A DNA stretch of 64,000 nucleotides from Alphaproteobacteria bacterium (GCA_037138055.1 JBAXJB010000001.1:22300-86299), one strand, 5' to 3'. Positions 1 through 9,422 are shown, counted from the stretch's first letter. The notes: generated from the sequence alone by a model not told the origin. Translations and numbers: made by a program.

Positions 1-496
1 CTGCAATCCACAATAATAATTCTCCTATAGCTTGAAGCGCTATAGGGCTATGCCGTGGATCTATATACAGCAATACAGCCAGTGCAAGCATTTGAATGGT
101 TGTTTTTATTTTTGTAAGAAAATTTACCGATAGTAAAACTCTAACCTCAGCTAAATATTCACGTAAGCCTGAAACAAGAATTTCACGGCATAGAATAATA
201 ACAGCAGCTAAAATGCTGAATTTTGAAATGCGATCAAATCCCACAAGCATTAGTAAGGTTGATGATATCAAAAGTTTATCAGCAATAGGGTCTAATATTT
301 CCCCAAAGCGTGTCTCTTGATTGAATTTACGCGCAATGAACCCATCAAGATAATCAGTAATGCATGCAAGCACAAAAAGACAGGCTGCTATAAGGCGCGG
401 AGTTGGGTAATTTATAAAAAAAGTTATTAATATAAATGGAATTAAACCAATGCGTGCAAGGGTTAACGTGTTGGCAAGGTTCTTAAAATTCACCAT
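1..496 (-). CDS. pgsA: CDP-diacylglycerol--glycerol-3-phosphate 3-phosphatidyltransferase (CDP-alcohol phosphatidyltransferase family), 3' end outside window
   Basis: Own translation of the minus strand from ATG at 496-494 gives MVNFKNLANTLTLARIGLIPF.... It contains DYLDGFIARKFNQETRFGEILDPIADK, the D-G-x2-A-R-x8-G-x3-D-x3-D family motif. The ORF runs off the left edge, so it is absent from the track. The + ORF 96..320 is its antisense shadow. Confidence 0.8.
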   Translation of the reverse strand, partial: MVNFKNLANTLTLARIGLIPFILITFFINYPTPRLIAACLFVLACITDYLDGFIARKFNQETRFGEILDPIADKLLISSTLLMLVGFDRISKFSILAAVIILCREILVSGLREYLAEVRVLLSVNFLTKIKTTIQMLALAVLLYIDPRHSPIALQAIGELLLWIA

Positions 497-569
497 AGCA
501 TTCCTACTATTTTATTGACTAGATAATGCCGTAATTCATGAGAGATGGCAAATATTAGAAGAGAATAAG

Positions 570-1355
570 TTACACATTTTCTAGCTTAGACTCATCTATT
601 GTAATTGGTGGATGCATTTTTTCTTGCGCTGAGAATGATTTAGAAGAGTCTGTAGCTTTTTGTAATATGTCGTTGAGCGACTTTATTTTTCTAATGGCAG
701 GTTTGTGCTTTTTGATTTTTTCGGTCTGCATTGTTTGCATAAGTGTTGATGTTTCAGGTTTTTTTGTATTAAGTATTGGGGCTGTTCCGACTATTCCACG
801 TACCAAGTTAACTTCGGTAAAAGCTCCAATGCGTAATCCAATAGCTGAAACAATTTCTCCACGTTCTTTGCTATTTGTAAAAAATATAATCTTTTTTGGG
901 GCAAACTGAGTCCAAACCCAAAGCTGATTAATAACTAAGCCTAAAATCTCGCCTAGGGGCTGGCTTTGACAAAGCACAATCCCAAAACGACATGAGGGCA
1001 TACTGCCTTCAAAGCCACGAAAAATCTCATTGCTTAGGCTAAAATTCTCTTCAAAGGGCAAAGCGCTCTTTGTAATACTATTTTGCCAAAACATAGTTTC
1101 AGAAGAGTGTTCAGCCAAATATAGCACTCTGGCGCCTTGTTTCTTAAGTGCAGTTATCGAATCAGCTACTTTTTGGTTTTGTATAGTGGCAAATTTTGCG
1201 CCGGTAGCTTTTGGATAGAAAAGAGCGCCTTGCAAATCTACAAGGATAAGCAAATTTTGTTCTTGAGCAGGTAGAGGCTGATTTTCTTGTGTGTGTTCAA
1301 GAGCCTCTCCCCAACTTAAGGGCATAAAAGCAATGATAAAAAGCCAACGAATCAT
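570..1355 (-). CDS. hypothetical secreted protein with a Lys-rich C-terminal tail
   Basis: 261-aa ORF. The N-terminus MIRWLFIIAFMPLSWGEA looks like a signal peptide. The last ~70 aa are low-complexity and K/T/S-rich. No catalytic motif was recognised; VDLQGAL sits where a HAD DxDxT motif would be. Confidence 0.55.
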   Translation of the reverse strand: MIRWLFIIAFMPLSWGEALEHTQENQPLPAQEQNLLILVDLQGALFYPKATGAKFATIQNQKVADSITALKKQGARVLYLAEHSSETMFWQNSITKSALPFEENFSLSNEIFRGFEGSMPSCRFGIVLCQSQPLGEILGLVINQLWVWTQFAPKKIIFFTNSKERGEIVSAIGLRIGAFTEVNLVRGIVGTAPILNTKKPETSTLMQTMQTEKIKKHKPAIRKIKSLNDILQKATDSSKSFSAQEKMHPPITIDESKLENV

Positions 1356-1438
1356 AAATATAGTGTTTGATATTTCTATGCTGAATGCAAGTAGGCTGCG
1401 TGACCTCTTAAAATAAATTAAAATTTTTGTTTAAAACT

Positions 1439-1467
1439 TTGATTTTTGTGCAAAAATTTTGTATATT
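1439..1467 (+). promoter_or_regulatory. sigma70-like promoter for dnaK (TTGATT-17 bp-TATATT)
   Basis: TTGATT at 1439-1444, a 17-nt spacer, then TATATT at 1462-1467, about 55 nt upstream of the dnaK ATG. Pattern match only. Confidence 0.45.
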
Positions 1468-1468
1468 G

Positions 1469-1495
1469 TTAGCACTGTCAGTCAATGGCTGCTAA
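1469..1495. promoter_or_regulatory. CIRCE-like inverted repeat (putative HrcA operator)
   Basis: TTAGCACTG-tcagtcaat-GGCTGCTAA compared with consensus TTAGCACTC-N9-GAGTGCTAA. The left half matches 8/9, the right half 7/9, and the N9 spacing is exact. It lies immediately downstream of the putative -10. Confidence 0.55.
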
Positions 1496-1520
1496 AAACA
1501 AAAATATTTAGGAGAAAGCT

Positions 1521-3431
1521 ATGTCACGTGTAATCGGAATAGATCTTGGTACAACAAACTCATGTGTTGCCGTAATGGAAGGAAACACAGCAAAGGTTAT
1601 TGAAAATACCGAAGGTGCTCGCACAACACCATCAATGGTTGCCTTTACAGAAGGCGGAGAGCGTTTAGTGGGGCAACCTGCGAAGCGTCAGGGCGTTACT
1701 AACCCAGAAAATACACTTTTTGCGATCAAGCGTTTAATTGGTCGTACGTTTAATGACCCTATGACTCAAAAAGACATGGGTTTGGTGCCTTACAAAATTG
1801 TTTCTGGTGATAATAAAGACGCATGGGTAGAAGCGCATGGGGAAAAATATAGTCCAAGCCAGGTTAGCGCATTTATTTTGCAAAAAATGAAAGAGACTGC
1901 AGAAAATTATCTGGGTGAAAAAGTTACTCAAGCAATTGTAACTGTTCCAGCTTATTTTAACGACGCGCAACGTCAAGCTACGAAAGATGCTGGACGTATT
2001 GCTGGCTTAGAAGTTCTGCGCATTCTTAACGAACCAACTGCAGCAGCTTTGGCTTACGGTCTTGAGAAAAAAGCTACAGGCACAATCGCTGTTTATGATC
2101 TTGGTGGCGGTACTTTTGACGTATCAATTCTTGAAATTGGTGATGGTGTTTTTGAAGTGAAATCTACCAATGGCGATACTTTCCTTGGCGGTGAAGACTT
2201 TGATGCTCGTGTTATTGACTGGATTGCAGATGAATTTAAAAAAGAACAATCTATCGACCTTAGAAAAGACAAGCTTGCTCTTCAACGTTTGAAAGAAGCT
2301 GCTGAAAAAGCAAAAATTGAACTTTCAAATTCAATGCAAACTGACATTAATTTACCATTTATTACGGCGGATGCAAGTGGTCCAAAGCATTTGAATTTGA
2401 AGCTTACTCGGGCAAAATTTGAATCGTTGGTTGACGAATTAGTTCAGCGCACTATTGATCCTTGTAAATCAGCGTTACGTGATGCTGGCTTGCAGCCAAA
2501 TCAAATAGACGAGGTTATTTTGGTAGGTGGAATGACTCGTATGCCAAAAATATTCGAAACAGTGAAACAACTATTTGGTCGTGAACCACATCGTGGTGTG
2601 AATCCTGATGAAGTTGTGGCAATTGGTGCTGCAATTCAAGGTGGTGTTCTAAAAGGTGACGTTAAAGATGTGTTGTTGCTTGATGTTACGCCTCTTTCTT
2701 TAGGAATTGAAACTCTTGGTGGAATCTTTACTCGTTTGATAGATCGCAATACAACTATTCCAACGCGTAAAAGCCAAGTATTTTCAACAGCTGAGGATAA
2801 TCAAACAGCCGTGACAATTCGTGTGTTCCAAGGAGAACGCGAAATGGCAGCTGATAATAAAACTCTTGGTCAGTTTAATTTAGAAGACTTGCCGCCAGCG
2901 CCACGTGGAATTCCACAAGTTGAAGTGACTTTTGACATTGATGCAAATGGAATTGTGCAAGTTTCTGCCAAAGATAAAGCAACAGGCAAAGAACAGCAGA
3001 TTCGCATTCAAGCTTCTGGTGGTCTTTCTGAAGAAGATATTCAACGCATGGTCAAAGAAGCTGAAGCTAACGCTGAAGATGATAAAAAGCGCAAAGAAAC
3101 GATTGAAGCAAAAAATCATGCCGACGCTTTAGTGCATTCTACAGAAAAAGCCTTGTCTGAACACGGAAGTGCGGTTACTGAGGAAGAAAAAACAGCAATC
3201 GAAACTGATTTGGCAGCCTTAAAGGAAGCTTTAATTAAGGAAGATAAAGATGATATTCAAGCAAAAATGCAAACGCTTGCTCAGTCATCAATGAAACTTG
3301 GTGAAGCTGCTTACAAAGCATCTCAACCAACAGAAGGCGATGCTTCGGCGTCGGCTACAGAAACACCAGAAGGTGAAACTATAGTGGATGCTGAATACGA
3401 AGATAAAGAAGACGATCGTAAAAAAGCATAA
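1521..3431 (+). CDS. dnaK: molecular chaperone DnaK (Hsp70)
   Basis: 636 aa. Contains [23 protein letters not shown] and the EEVD-less acidic C-terminus typical of bacterial Hsp70. AGGAGA RBS upstream. Confidence 0.98.
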   Translation: MSRVIGIDLGTTNSCVAVMEGNTAKVIENTEGARTTPSMVAFTEGGERLVGQPAKRQGVTNPENTLFAIKRLIGRTFNDPMTQKDMGLVPYKIVSGDNKDAWVEAHGEKYSPSQVSAFILQKMKETAENYLGEKVTQAIVTVPAYFNDAQRQATKDAGRIAGLEVLRILNEPTAAALAYGLEKKATGTIAVYDLGGGTFDVSILEIGDGVFEVKSTNGDTFLGGEDFDARVIDWIADEFKKEQSIDLRKDKLALQRLKEAAEKAKIELSNSMQTDINLPFITADASGPKHLNLKLTRAKFESLVDELVQRTIDPCKSALRDAGLQPNQIDEVILVGGMTRMPKIFETVKQLFGREPHRGVNPDEVVAIGAAIQGGVLKGDVKDVLLLDVTPLSLGIETLGGIFTRLIDRNTTIPTRKSQVFSTAEDNQTAVTIRVFQGEREMAADNKTLGQFNLEDLPPAPRGIPQVEVTFDIDANGIVQVSAKDKATGKEQQIRIQASGGLSEEDIQRMVKEAEANAEDDKKRKETIEAKNHADALVHSTEKALSEHGSAVTEEEKTAIETDLAALKEALIKEDKDDIQAKMQTLAQSSMKLGEAAYKASQPTEGDASASATETPEGETIVDAEYEDKEDDRKKA

Positions 3432-3440
3432 TGACTAATG

Positions 3441-3466
3441 GATGGGGGAGTAATAACTCTCCCATC
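3441..3466 (+). terminator. weak hairpin downstream of dnaK
   Basis: GATGGGGGAG-taataa-CTCTCCCATC, a 10-bp stem including one G-U. No clear T-tract follows, so terminator function is uncertain. Confidence 0.3.
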
Positions 3467-3509
3467 TATATTGACCTTTAGGGAAAATTCTCTTAAATTA
3501 CAAATTACC

Positions 3510-3583
3510 GCGGGTGTAGCTTAGTGGTAAAGCTCCAGCCTTCCAAGCTGGCCATGTGGGTTCGATTCCCATCACCCGCTCCA
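3510..3583 (+). tRNA. tRNA-Gly (anticodon UCC)
   Basis: Hand-folded cloverleaf. Acceptor GCGGGTG/CACCCGC, D-arm GCTT/AAGC, anticodon stem CCAGC/GCTGG with loop CTTCCAA (UCC), T-arm GTGGG-TTCGATT-CCCAT, encoded CCA. 74 nt. Confidence 0.9.
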
Positions 3584-3677
3584 AAATTATTTCTTTCCAG
3601 TAATTCACCCATTTACGAATCTTTTTAATCGCGATAAACTAAGTCAAAATTTTTAACAAATCTTTTAAGGGATTATC

Positions 3678-4868
3678 ATGTCAAAAGAGAAATTTTCAAG
3701 GAACAAACCGCACTGTAACATAGGAACGATTGGTCACGTTGACCATGGAAAGACATCGTTAACAGCGGCGATTACAAAAGTATTAGCTGAAAGCGGTGGC
3801 GCACAATTCATGGCGTATGACCAAATTGACAAAGCACCAGAAGAAAGAGCGCGCGGAATTACGATTTCGACGGCACACGTTGAGTATGAAACAGCGAATC
3901 GTCACTATGCACACGTTGACTGCCCAGGACACGCTGACTATGTAAAGAACATGATCACCGGTGCTGCACAGATGGACGGAGCAATTTTGGTAGTATCAGC
4001 AGCTGATGGCCCAATGCCTCAAACACGTGAGCATATTTTGTTGGCGCGTCAGGTTGGAGTTCCAGCATTGGTTGTGTTCATGAACAAAATTGACATGGTT
4101 GATGACGAAGAATTGGCTGACTTGGTTGAATTAGAAGTTCGTGAACTTCTTTCGCTATACGGCTTTCCAGGAGATACTATTCCAATCATCAGAGGTTCTG
4201 CATTGTGTGCACTAGAAAGCCGCGATGATGCAATCGGTAGAGAAGCAATTCTAAAGCTTATGGCTGAAGTTGATGCATCTATTCCACAGCCGGCACGTGC
4301 TGTTGATAAGCCATTCCTGATGCCAATTGAGGATGTGTTCTCAATTTCAGGTCGTGGTACGGTTATTACAGGTCGTGTAGAGCGCGGTATTGTGAACGTT
4401 GGCGACGAAATGGAAATCATTGGAATTCGTCCAACGACAAAGACAATTGTAACGGGCGTGGAAATGTTCCGTAAGCTGCTTGATCAAGGTCAGGCTGGTG
4501 ATAACATCGGTGCACTTCTTCGTGGTACAAAGCGTGAAGATGTAGAGCGTGGTCAAGTATTGGCGAAACCAGGAAGCATAACGCCACACACAAACTTTGA
4601 AGCAGAAGCATATATTCTGACCAAAGATGAAGGTGGACGTCACACACCATTTTTCACGAACTATCGTCCACAGTTTTACTTCCGTACAACGGACGTAACA
4701 GGCGTGGTAACGTTGGCAGCAGGTACCGAGATGGTAATGCCTGGAGATAACGTGAATGTGAATGTGGAATTGATTGCACCAATAGCAATGGACGAAGGTT
4801 TACGTTTCGCAATTCGCGAAGGTGGACGTACTGTCGGTGCTGGTGTCGTTGCTAAAATTCAAAAATAA
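3678..4868 (+). CDS. tuf: elongation factor Tu
   Basis: 396 aa. Contains [21 protein letters not shown] and NKID, with full-length EF-Tu similarity. Confidence 0.98.
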   Translation: MSKEKFSRNKPHCNIGTIGHVDHGKTSLTAAITKVLAESGGAQFMAYDQIDKAPEERARGITISTAHVEYETANRHYAHVDCPGHADYVKNMITGAAQMDGAILVVSAADGPMPQTREHILLARQVGVPALVVFMNKIDMVDDEELADLVELEVRELLSLYGFPGDTIPIIRGSALCALESRDDAIGREAILKLMAEVDASIPQPARAVDKPFLMPIEDVFSISGRGTVITGRVERGIVNVGDEMEIIGIRPTTKTIVTGVEMFRKLLDQGQAGDNIGALLRGTKREDVERGQVLAKPGSITPHTNFEAEAYILTKDEGGRHTPFFTNYRPQFYFRTTDVTGVVTLAAGTEMVMPGDNVNVNVELIAPIAMDEGLRFAIREGGRTVGAGVVAKIQK

Positions 4869-4908
4869 TTGGATCTCAGCGTAAGTTGAGAGATGAAAAA
4901 TTATGAAA

Positions 4909-4939
4909 CCCCTATTAGCTTATGCTAGTAGGGGTTTTT
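4909..4939. terminator. rho-independent terminator after tuf, possibly bidirectional with the LysR gene
   Basis: CCCCTATTAGC-ttat-GCTAGTAGGGG is an 11-bp stem with one U-G on the + transcript, followed by TTTTT. AAA precedes it. It lies between convergent tuf (ends 4868) and the LysR gene (ends 4947). Confidence 0.7.
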
Positions 4940-4946
4940 ATTATCT

Positions 4947-5768
4947 TCATCTTGCAAAAATTTTATGGCATTGACTAATGAAATTATTAAGTCGCTGTTG
5001 AAGAGCTTCTCCAGCAGAACGATGCAACGCCAAAACTCTGTAACTAGATGGTTTTGGCTGCCATTCAACTGGGTGCAAATTCATTTTAAGTGCTAAAAAA
5101 TCTGGAAGAAAGCCAACTTCATTTGAACATGCGCATATGTCTGCAATTAAAGACCAGCTTGGAATTCGTGCTTTAATTTCTAAGCGATTTTTATAAAGAT
5201 GTTCCCATCGTTGTATAAGGCTTAAAACTTCCACTTGATTTTCTGGCAAAATAACAGGCCCTATAGGCGTATTCGCAGAAGAAGAATAAAGCTGAAAAAA
5301 TCCTACTCCTACTTCAACAGATGTCGCTTCTTCCCAAGGTGCGTTATCTGGCACAAGTGCAATATCTGCTTCGTCCCTTAGAACTGCGCCGTAAGCACGA
5401 TCAGGGCGCATTAAGTTAAGGTTAACTGACTCAATAGACAAAAGCGCCGGAACAACAACACGTGCTATAGCATGGGTGGTCGCAAGGCGAATAGGTCTAG
5501 GACTGTCTATTGCAATAGAATCTCGAAATTTTTTCAGCCACTCTTCAGCTTTGGGGACAAGAGTAGAGCCCTCGTGAGTTAAGCGGAAGCATCTTTTTTC
5601 ATGAGTGCATAGTGGACGCTCAAAAGCTGCTTCTACTCGTAAAATAGCTGTGCTTGCCGCGCTTTGGCTTAAGTTATGAAAGGATGCAGCTTTGCTTAAG
5701 CTTTTTAAGTGTGCAGCTGTTATAAAAAGCTCTAAATCAGAAATTCGTAGGTGGCTTAAGCGATTCAT
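4947..5768 (-). CDS. LysR-family transcriptional regulator
   Basis: 273 aa. The N-terminal wHTH DLELFITAAHLKSLSKAASFHNLSQSAASTAILRVEAAFERPLCTHEKRCFRLTHEG is typical of LTTRs. It is divergent from the transporter gene. Confidence 0.85.
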   Translation of the reverse strand: MNRLSHLRISDLELFITAAHLKSLSKAASFHNLSQSAASTAILRVEAAFERPLCTHEKRCFRLTHEGSTLVPKAEEWLKKFRDSIAIDSPRPIRLATTHAIARVVVPALLSIESVNLNLMRPDRAYGAVLRDEADIALVPDNAPWEEATSVEVGVGFFQLYSSSANTPIGPVILPENQVEVLSLIQRWEHLYKNRLEIKARIPSWSLIADICACSNEVGFLPDFLALKMNLHPVEWQPKPSSYRVLALHRSAGEALQQRLNNFISQCHKIFAR

Positions 5769-5797
5769 GCTTTTATAAGACCTATATATCTATTTTT

Positions 5798-5823
5798 TCG
5801 ATATTGCATATTAATTATATCGA
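5798..5823. promoter_or_regulatory. perfect 7-bp inverted repeat in the LysR/transporter divergent promoter region (candidate LTTR operator)
   Basis: TCGATAT-tgcatattaatt-ATATCGA, arms at 5798-5804 and 5817-5823. It sits centrally in the 94-nt intergenic region. Confidence 0.4.
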
Positions 5824-5862
5824 CAATACAAAAAATCAGCAATGTAATATGATGACTATATT

Positions 5863-7293
5863 ATGAAACTAAAAAGCAAAGCAGCAGTAATGAAAGCTCA
5901 AGAGAAGATTCTTCAATTTTTTATTCGCATATGTCGGTTTAATTTTGGCACATTTGAAAAAGAAGAATTCAAAAAGTTCTTACGAATGGGAAGTATTTTT
6001 GCGCTTATTATTGGGGTTTATTGGACCCTTCGTCCTTTAAAAGATTCTATTTTTATGCAATTGGTCGATAAAATGTATCTGCCATACGCAAAAACTATTT
6101 CAGTATTGGCATTGCTGCCATTAGTGATGTTTTATACAAAATTATTGGGAAGAACATCGCGAGAAAAAATGTTGGTCATATTGCCAGCTTTTTATGGCAT
6201 TAGCATTTTATGTTTTGGCATTCTTATTGGTGCTGCGCAGGCATCCCCTGAAGAAATAGCTGCTCGTTCAATGGTTCCATTTATAGCTACTCAAGCACTG
6301 GGGTACATTTGGTATATGTTTGTCGAAAGCTTTGGCTCACTTGTTGTTGCATTATTTTGGGCTTTTGCAACTGACACAACCGAAGCTCCTTCAGCAAAAA
6401 GAGGTTTTCCTTTAGTTGTGGCAATTGGTCAAATGGGCGGAATTCTTTTTCCTTATACAATTGGAGGCCTTCCTCATCGGCTTGGGCTGGAAACGGACAC
6501 TCTTTCCATGAGTATTCTTGGGATTCTATGCCTTACACTTATTCCTTTAGTTAAATACTTTTTAAAAGTAACACCCAGTAATCTTTTGACCTCATTCGGT
6601 GAAAACACCAAAAAAGAAGAAACAAATCACGAACCAGGTTTCTTTGAAGGTTTAAAATTAATGCTAGCTCACCGTTATTTGGTTTGTATTTTTGCGGCAA
6701 ATTTTATTTATGAACTGATTGTTACCATCTTTGATTTTAATTTTAAACTAGCAGCAGGCACAGCCTATACAGGTGTGGCGCTTAGTAATTACTTAAGTCT
6801 TTATGCATCAAGCGTGAACACTGTTTCATTATTATGTTTGCTTTTAGGCATAAGCAATGTAACGCGCTTTTTAGGTGTTGGAGTGGCCTTGGCTTCTATG
6901 CCAATTATTGTAGGCTTTGCTTTGTTTGGATTTTTAACACTTGATTCATTGTCATTCTTATTTGCGTTAATGGTTGGATCGAAAGCCATTAATTACGCTC
7001 TAAACGGTCCAGCTTTGAAGCAGCTTTATATTCCCACAACTTCTGATGTGCGTTTCAAAGCACAAGCATGGATTGAAACTTTTGGCTCACGCGCTTCAAA
7101 AGAAGCTGGCTCACTATTCAACATGTTGTTAAGGCCTATGCAGTCCATTTTTGGGGTAGTAGCAGGTAGAGCTCATTATCTTACTCTAAGTGGAGCCATT
7201 GGCTTTCCATTACTAGTGTTGTGGTTTGCGATTGCAGTTTATTTAGGGAGAAATTTCCATAAAGCAATTGATGAGAAAAAAGTGATTTGTTAG
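5863..7293 (+). CDS. tlc: TLC-family nucleotide transporter (ATP/ADP translocase-like, TC 2.A.12)
   Basis: 476 aa and polytopic. Blocks recalled from Rickettsia Tlc1: WTLRPLKDSIF (cf. STLRSIKDGFV), ALFWAFATDTTEAPSAKRGF (cf. LLFWQFANQITKIAEAKRFY), YIPTTSDVRFKAQAWIETFGSRASKEAGS (cf. [29 protein letters not shown]). The substrate cannot be inferred. Confidence 0.85.
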   Translation: MKLKSKAAVMKAQEKILQFFIRICRFNFGTFEKEEFKKFLRMGSIFALIIGVYWTLRPLKDSIFMQLVDKMYLPYAKTISVLALLPLVMFYTKLLGRTSREKMLVILPAFYGISILCFGILIGAAQASPEEIAARSMVPFIATQALGYIWYMFVESFGSLVVALFWAFATDTTEAPSAKRGFPLVVAIGQMGGILFPYTIGGLPHRLGLETDTLSMSILGILCLTLIPLVKYFLKVTPSNLLTSFGENTKKEETNHEPGFFEGLKLMLAHRYLVCIFAANFIYELIVTIFDFNFKLAAGTAYTGVALSNYLSLYASSVNTVSLLCLLLGISNVTRFLGVGVALASMPIIVGFALFGFLTLDSLSFLFALMVGSKAINYALNGPALKQLYIPTTSDVRFKAQAWIETFGSRASKEAGSLFNMLLRPMQSIFGVVAGRAHYLTLSGAIGFPLLVLWFAIAVYLGRNFHKAIDEKKVIC

Positions 7294-7363
7294 AAAGGGA
7301 GCCACTATAACTTCTTTTTACAAACTGATAGACTCCTTTCATGCGTAGTATTTATGTTTTTTT

Positions 7364-8053
7364 ATGAGCAATGTCTTAAAATCGCTTGGGTGCGATTATA
7401 TTTACCAAGATACTCCGGTAGATTTTAAAAGTGCACCGGCAGTTGCCCGTTCAAATGTTCAATCTGAACATCCGGCATATGCTTGCAAAACGTTGGAAGA
7501 GCTTAAAAATGCTATGCTTACTTTTAAAGGATGTGCATTAAAAGAAACAGCCATTAACACCGTTTTTTGTGATGGTAATCCAAAAGCGGATGTTATGTTG
7601 GTTGGCGAAGCTCCCGGAGCAGATGAGGATGCACAAGGTCTGCCTTTTGTTGGACAAAGCGGGCAGCTTCTTTGTAAAATTTTTCAAGCAATTGGCTTGC
7701 CCCGTGACAAGCTATATATTTCAAATATTCTACCGTGGAGACCACCTGGAAATCGCACGCCAACAAATGAAGAAATTGCAATTTGTCAGCCATTTATTGA
7801 ACAGCATATTCATTTGGTAAAACCAAAACTGCTGGTTTTTTTAGGGGGTGTTTCGGCAAAAACACTTTTAAAAACAACTGAAGGAATTACCAAACTACGC
7901 GGTCAATTTCACGAATACAAAACGCAGCATGGGGATGTTATTCCTTGTTTTGCAACTTATCATCCGGCGTATTTAATGCGTTCACCTGGACAAAAAGCCC
8001 AGGTGTGGCATGACATGTTGAAAATAAAGTTGCGGTTGTTGGCTAACGCTTAG
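7364..8053 (+). CDS. uracil-DNA glycosylase, family 4
   Basis: 229 aa. Contains GEAPGADEDAQGLPFVGQSGQLL (family-4 motif GEAPG..ED..G.PFVG..G.LL) and the C-terminal HPAYLMR motif. Confidence 0.85.
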   Translation: MSNVLKSLGCDYIYQDTPVDFKSAPAVARSNVQSEHPAYACKTLEELKNAMLTFKGCALKETAINTVFCDGNPKADVMLVGEAPGADEDAQGLPFVGQSGQLLCKIFQAIGLPRDKLYISNILPWRPPGNRTPTNEEIAICQPFIEQHIHLVKPKLLVFLGGVSAKTLLKTTEGITKLRGQFHEYKTQHGDVIPCFATYHPAYLMRSPGQKAQVWHDMLKIKLRLLANA

Positions 8054-9375
8054 TAATCAAGCTTAGGGTGCGAATCTTTACATAGTCTCAAAAGCAACCA
8101 GCTTAACAGCAAGCATACTGGCACTGCGTATATTGCTTGTTGATAATCTGCAGCAGAATACATACGTGCGCCTGCGCTATCTAATGACCCAGTCCAACCA
8201 CTATCTAAAATCCATCCCATTAGGGGCTGAAATATAACGCCGCTCAGCATAACAATGGCATTTGTATAAGCCATAGCTGTTCCGCTTATTTGGTTTGATG
8301 TACGTTCTTTTACAACACTAAAGCAAAGAACCTGTCCGCCAAGCCATAAACCACCTAAGAACAATGCGGCAACCGTTGGAAAGTACCCAATGCTTTGCGC
8401 ATATGATCCCACAAAAAAGCATACAGCACTGGCTATTGCTGACATTTTCATCATCTTGATATAGCTTTTTTGCTTGAAGGCGAGTTTTGCAATAATTGGG
8501 CTGCCTATTGCCATCCCAATAAATACCATTGTGCTTGCAAATGACGCCCATTCATTATTAACTTCTAAAGAATTCATTAAGAAGGGAACTGCCCATAATT
8601 CAGCGAATGAAGATATTGGTACATACATTAATCCACCAATAACTGCAGCTAAAAAGATCTGTTTGTCTGAAGCTAAAATGAATAATGATTTGCGTAATCC
8701 GGCTGCTGACTCAGGTGTTTTTGATTTGCTCAAAGATCCTTTTTTTGGTTTATTACGAATAAGTGTCCAGCAAAGAATTGTTACGGCAAGTCCTGCATAA
8801 GCTAACCATAAGGTCGCTTGTTGCCAAGTGGTATAGTTCACTAATTTTGCCAAGGGGACGCCAGCGAAGGTGCCGCCAATTGTGCCAAGCATGTTTGTAA
8901 GCCCTGCTATAAAAGCAAATCTTCCCGCGGAAAACCAATCACTGGCTAATTTTAGGCAAGCAATAAATGCACATGCAGAACCTGCACCCACTAAAAACCG
9001 TGCAATTTCAGCGACTGTAATATCAGTTGTTGTGGCAAAAATCCAAGTTCCCGTTGTGCACAGAATGCATGAGATCGTTATTACTAATCTGGCTCCAATT
9101 TTATCAAGCAGCATTCCACAAGGAATTTGCAATGGCACATATGCCCAATAATAAATTGATGTAAGCAGCCCTAGCCTAGTAGCGTTAATGGAAAAAGTGT
9201 CCATAATGTCCTGAGCCATTACACCGGCGCCTGCGCGCAATATCATTTCGTACCAATAAAAAATTGCAGCAGCTACCCATACAGCCCATGCATTAACAAT
9301 TACCGGCTTTCGATTTGTGTTGGTGGGTGAGGGAACTTTGGGGTTACTTGAACTATGCATGCCTGACTTCTTCAC
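8050..9375 (-). CDS. MFS transporter (paralogue of 10833..12125)
   Basis: 441 aa with about 12 TM segments. Shares blocks with the third MFS gene, e.g. AYVPLQIPCG and FLVGAGSACAFIACLK versus FLIGAGSACAYICCLK. Confidence 0.85.
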   Translation of the reverse strand: MKKSGMHSSSNPKVPSPTNTNRKPVIVNAWAVWVAAAIFYWYEMILRAGAGVMAQDIMDTFSINATRLGLLTSIYYWAYVPLQIPCGMLLDKIGARLVITISCILCTTGTWIFATTTDITVAEIARFLVGAGSACAFIACLKLASDWFSAGRFAFIAGLTNMLGTIGGTFAGVPLAKLVNYTTWQQATLWLAYAGLAVTILCWTLIRNKPKKGSLSKSKTPESAAGLRKSLFILASDKQIFLAAVIGGLMYVPISSFAELWAVPFLMNSLEVNNEWASFASTMVFIGMAIGSPIIAKLAFKQKSYIKMMKMSAIASAVCFFVGSYAQSIGYFPTVAALFLGGLWLGGQVLCFSVVKERTSNQISGTAMAYTNAIVMLSGVIFQPLMGWILDSGWTGSLDSAGARMYSAADYQQAIYAVPVCLLLSWLLLRLCKDSHPKLDY

Positions 9376-9422
9376 TTTAATTTTCCTTAAGTTTATGTGT
9401 TGGCGTTATTCGCGCTAAATTT

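Noticed and set aside
4049-4650. ORFs of 77-123 aa antisense to tuf. Similar ORFs lie antisense to dnaK (1734..1976, 2880..3132), infB (47298..48376, 48894..49103), nusA (49882..50247, 50736..51034), gdhB, gyrA, uvrA and others.
   Set aside because: They lie entirely inside strongly supported conserved genes on the opposite strand or in another frame, have no motifs and have odd composition. They are shadow ORFs.
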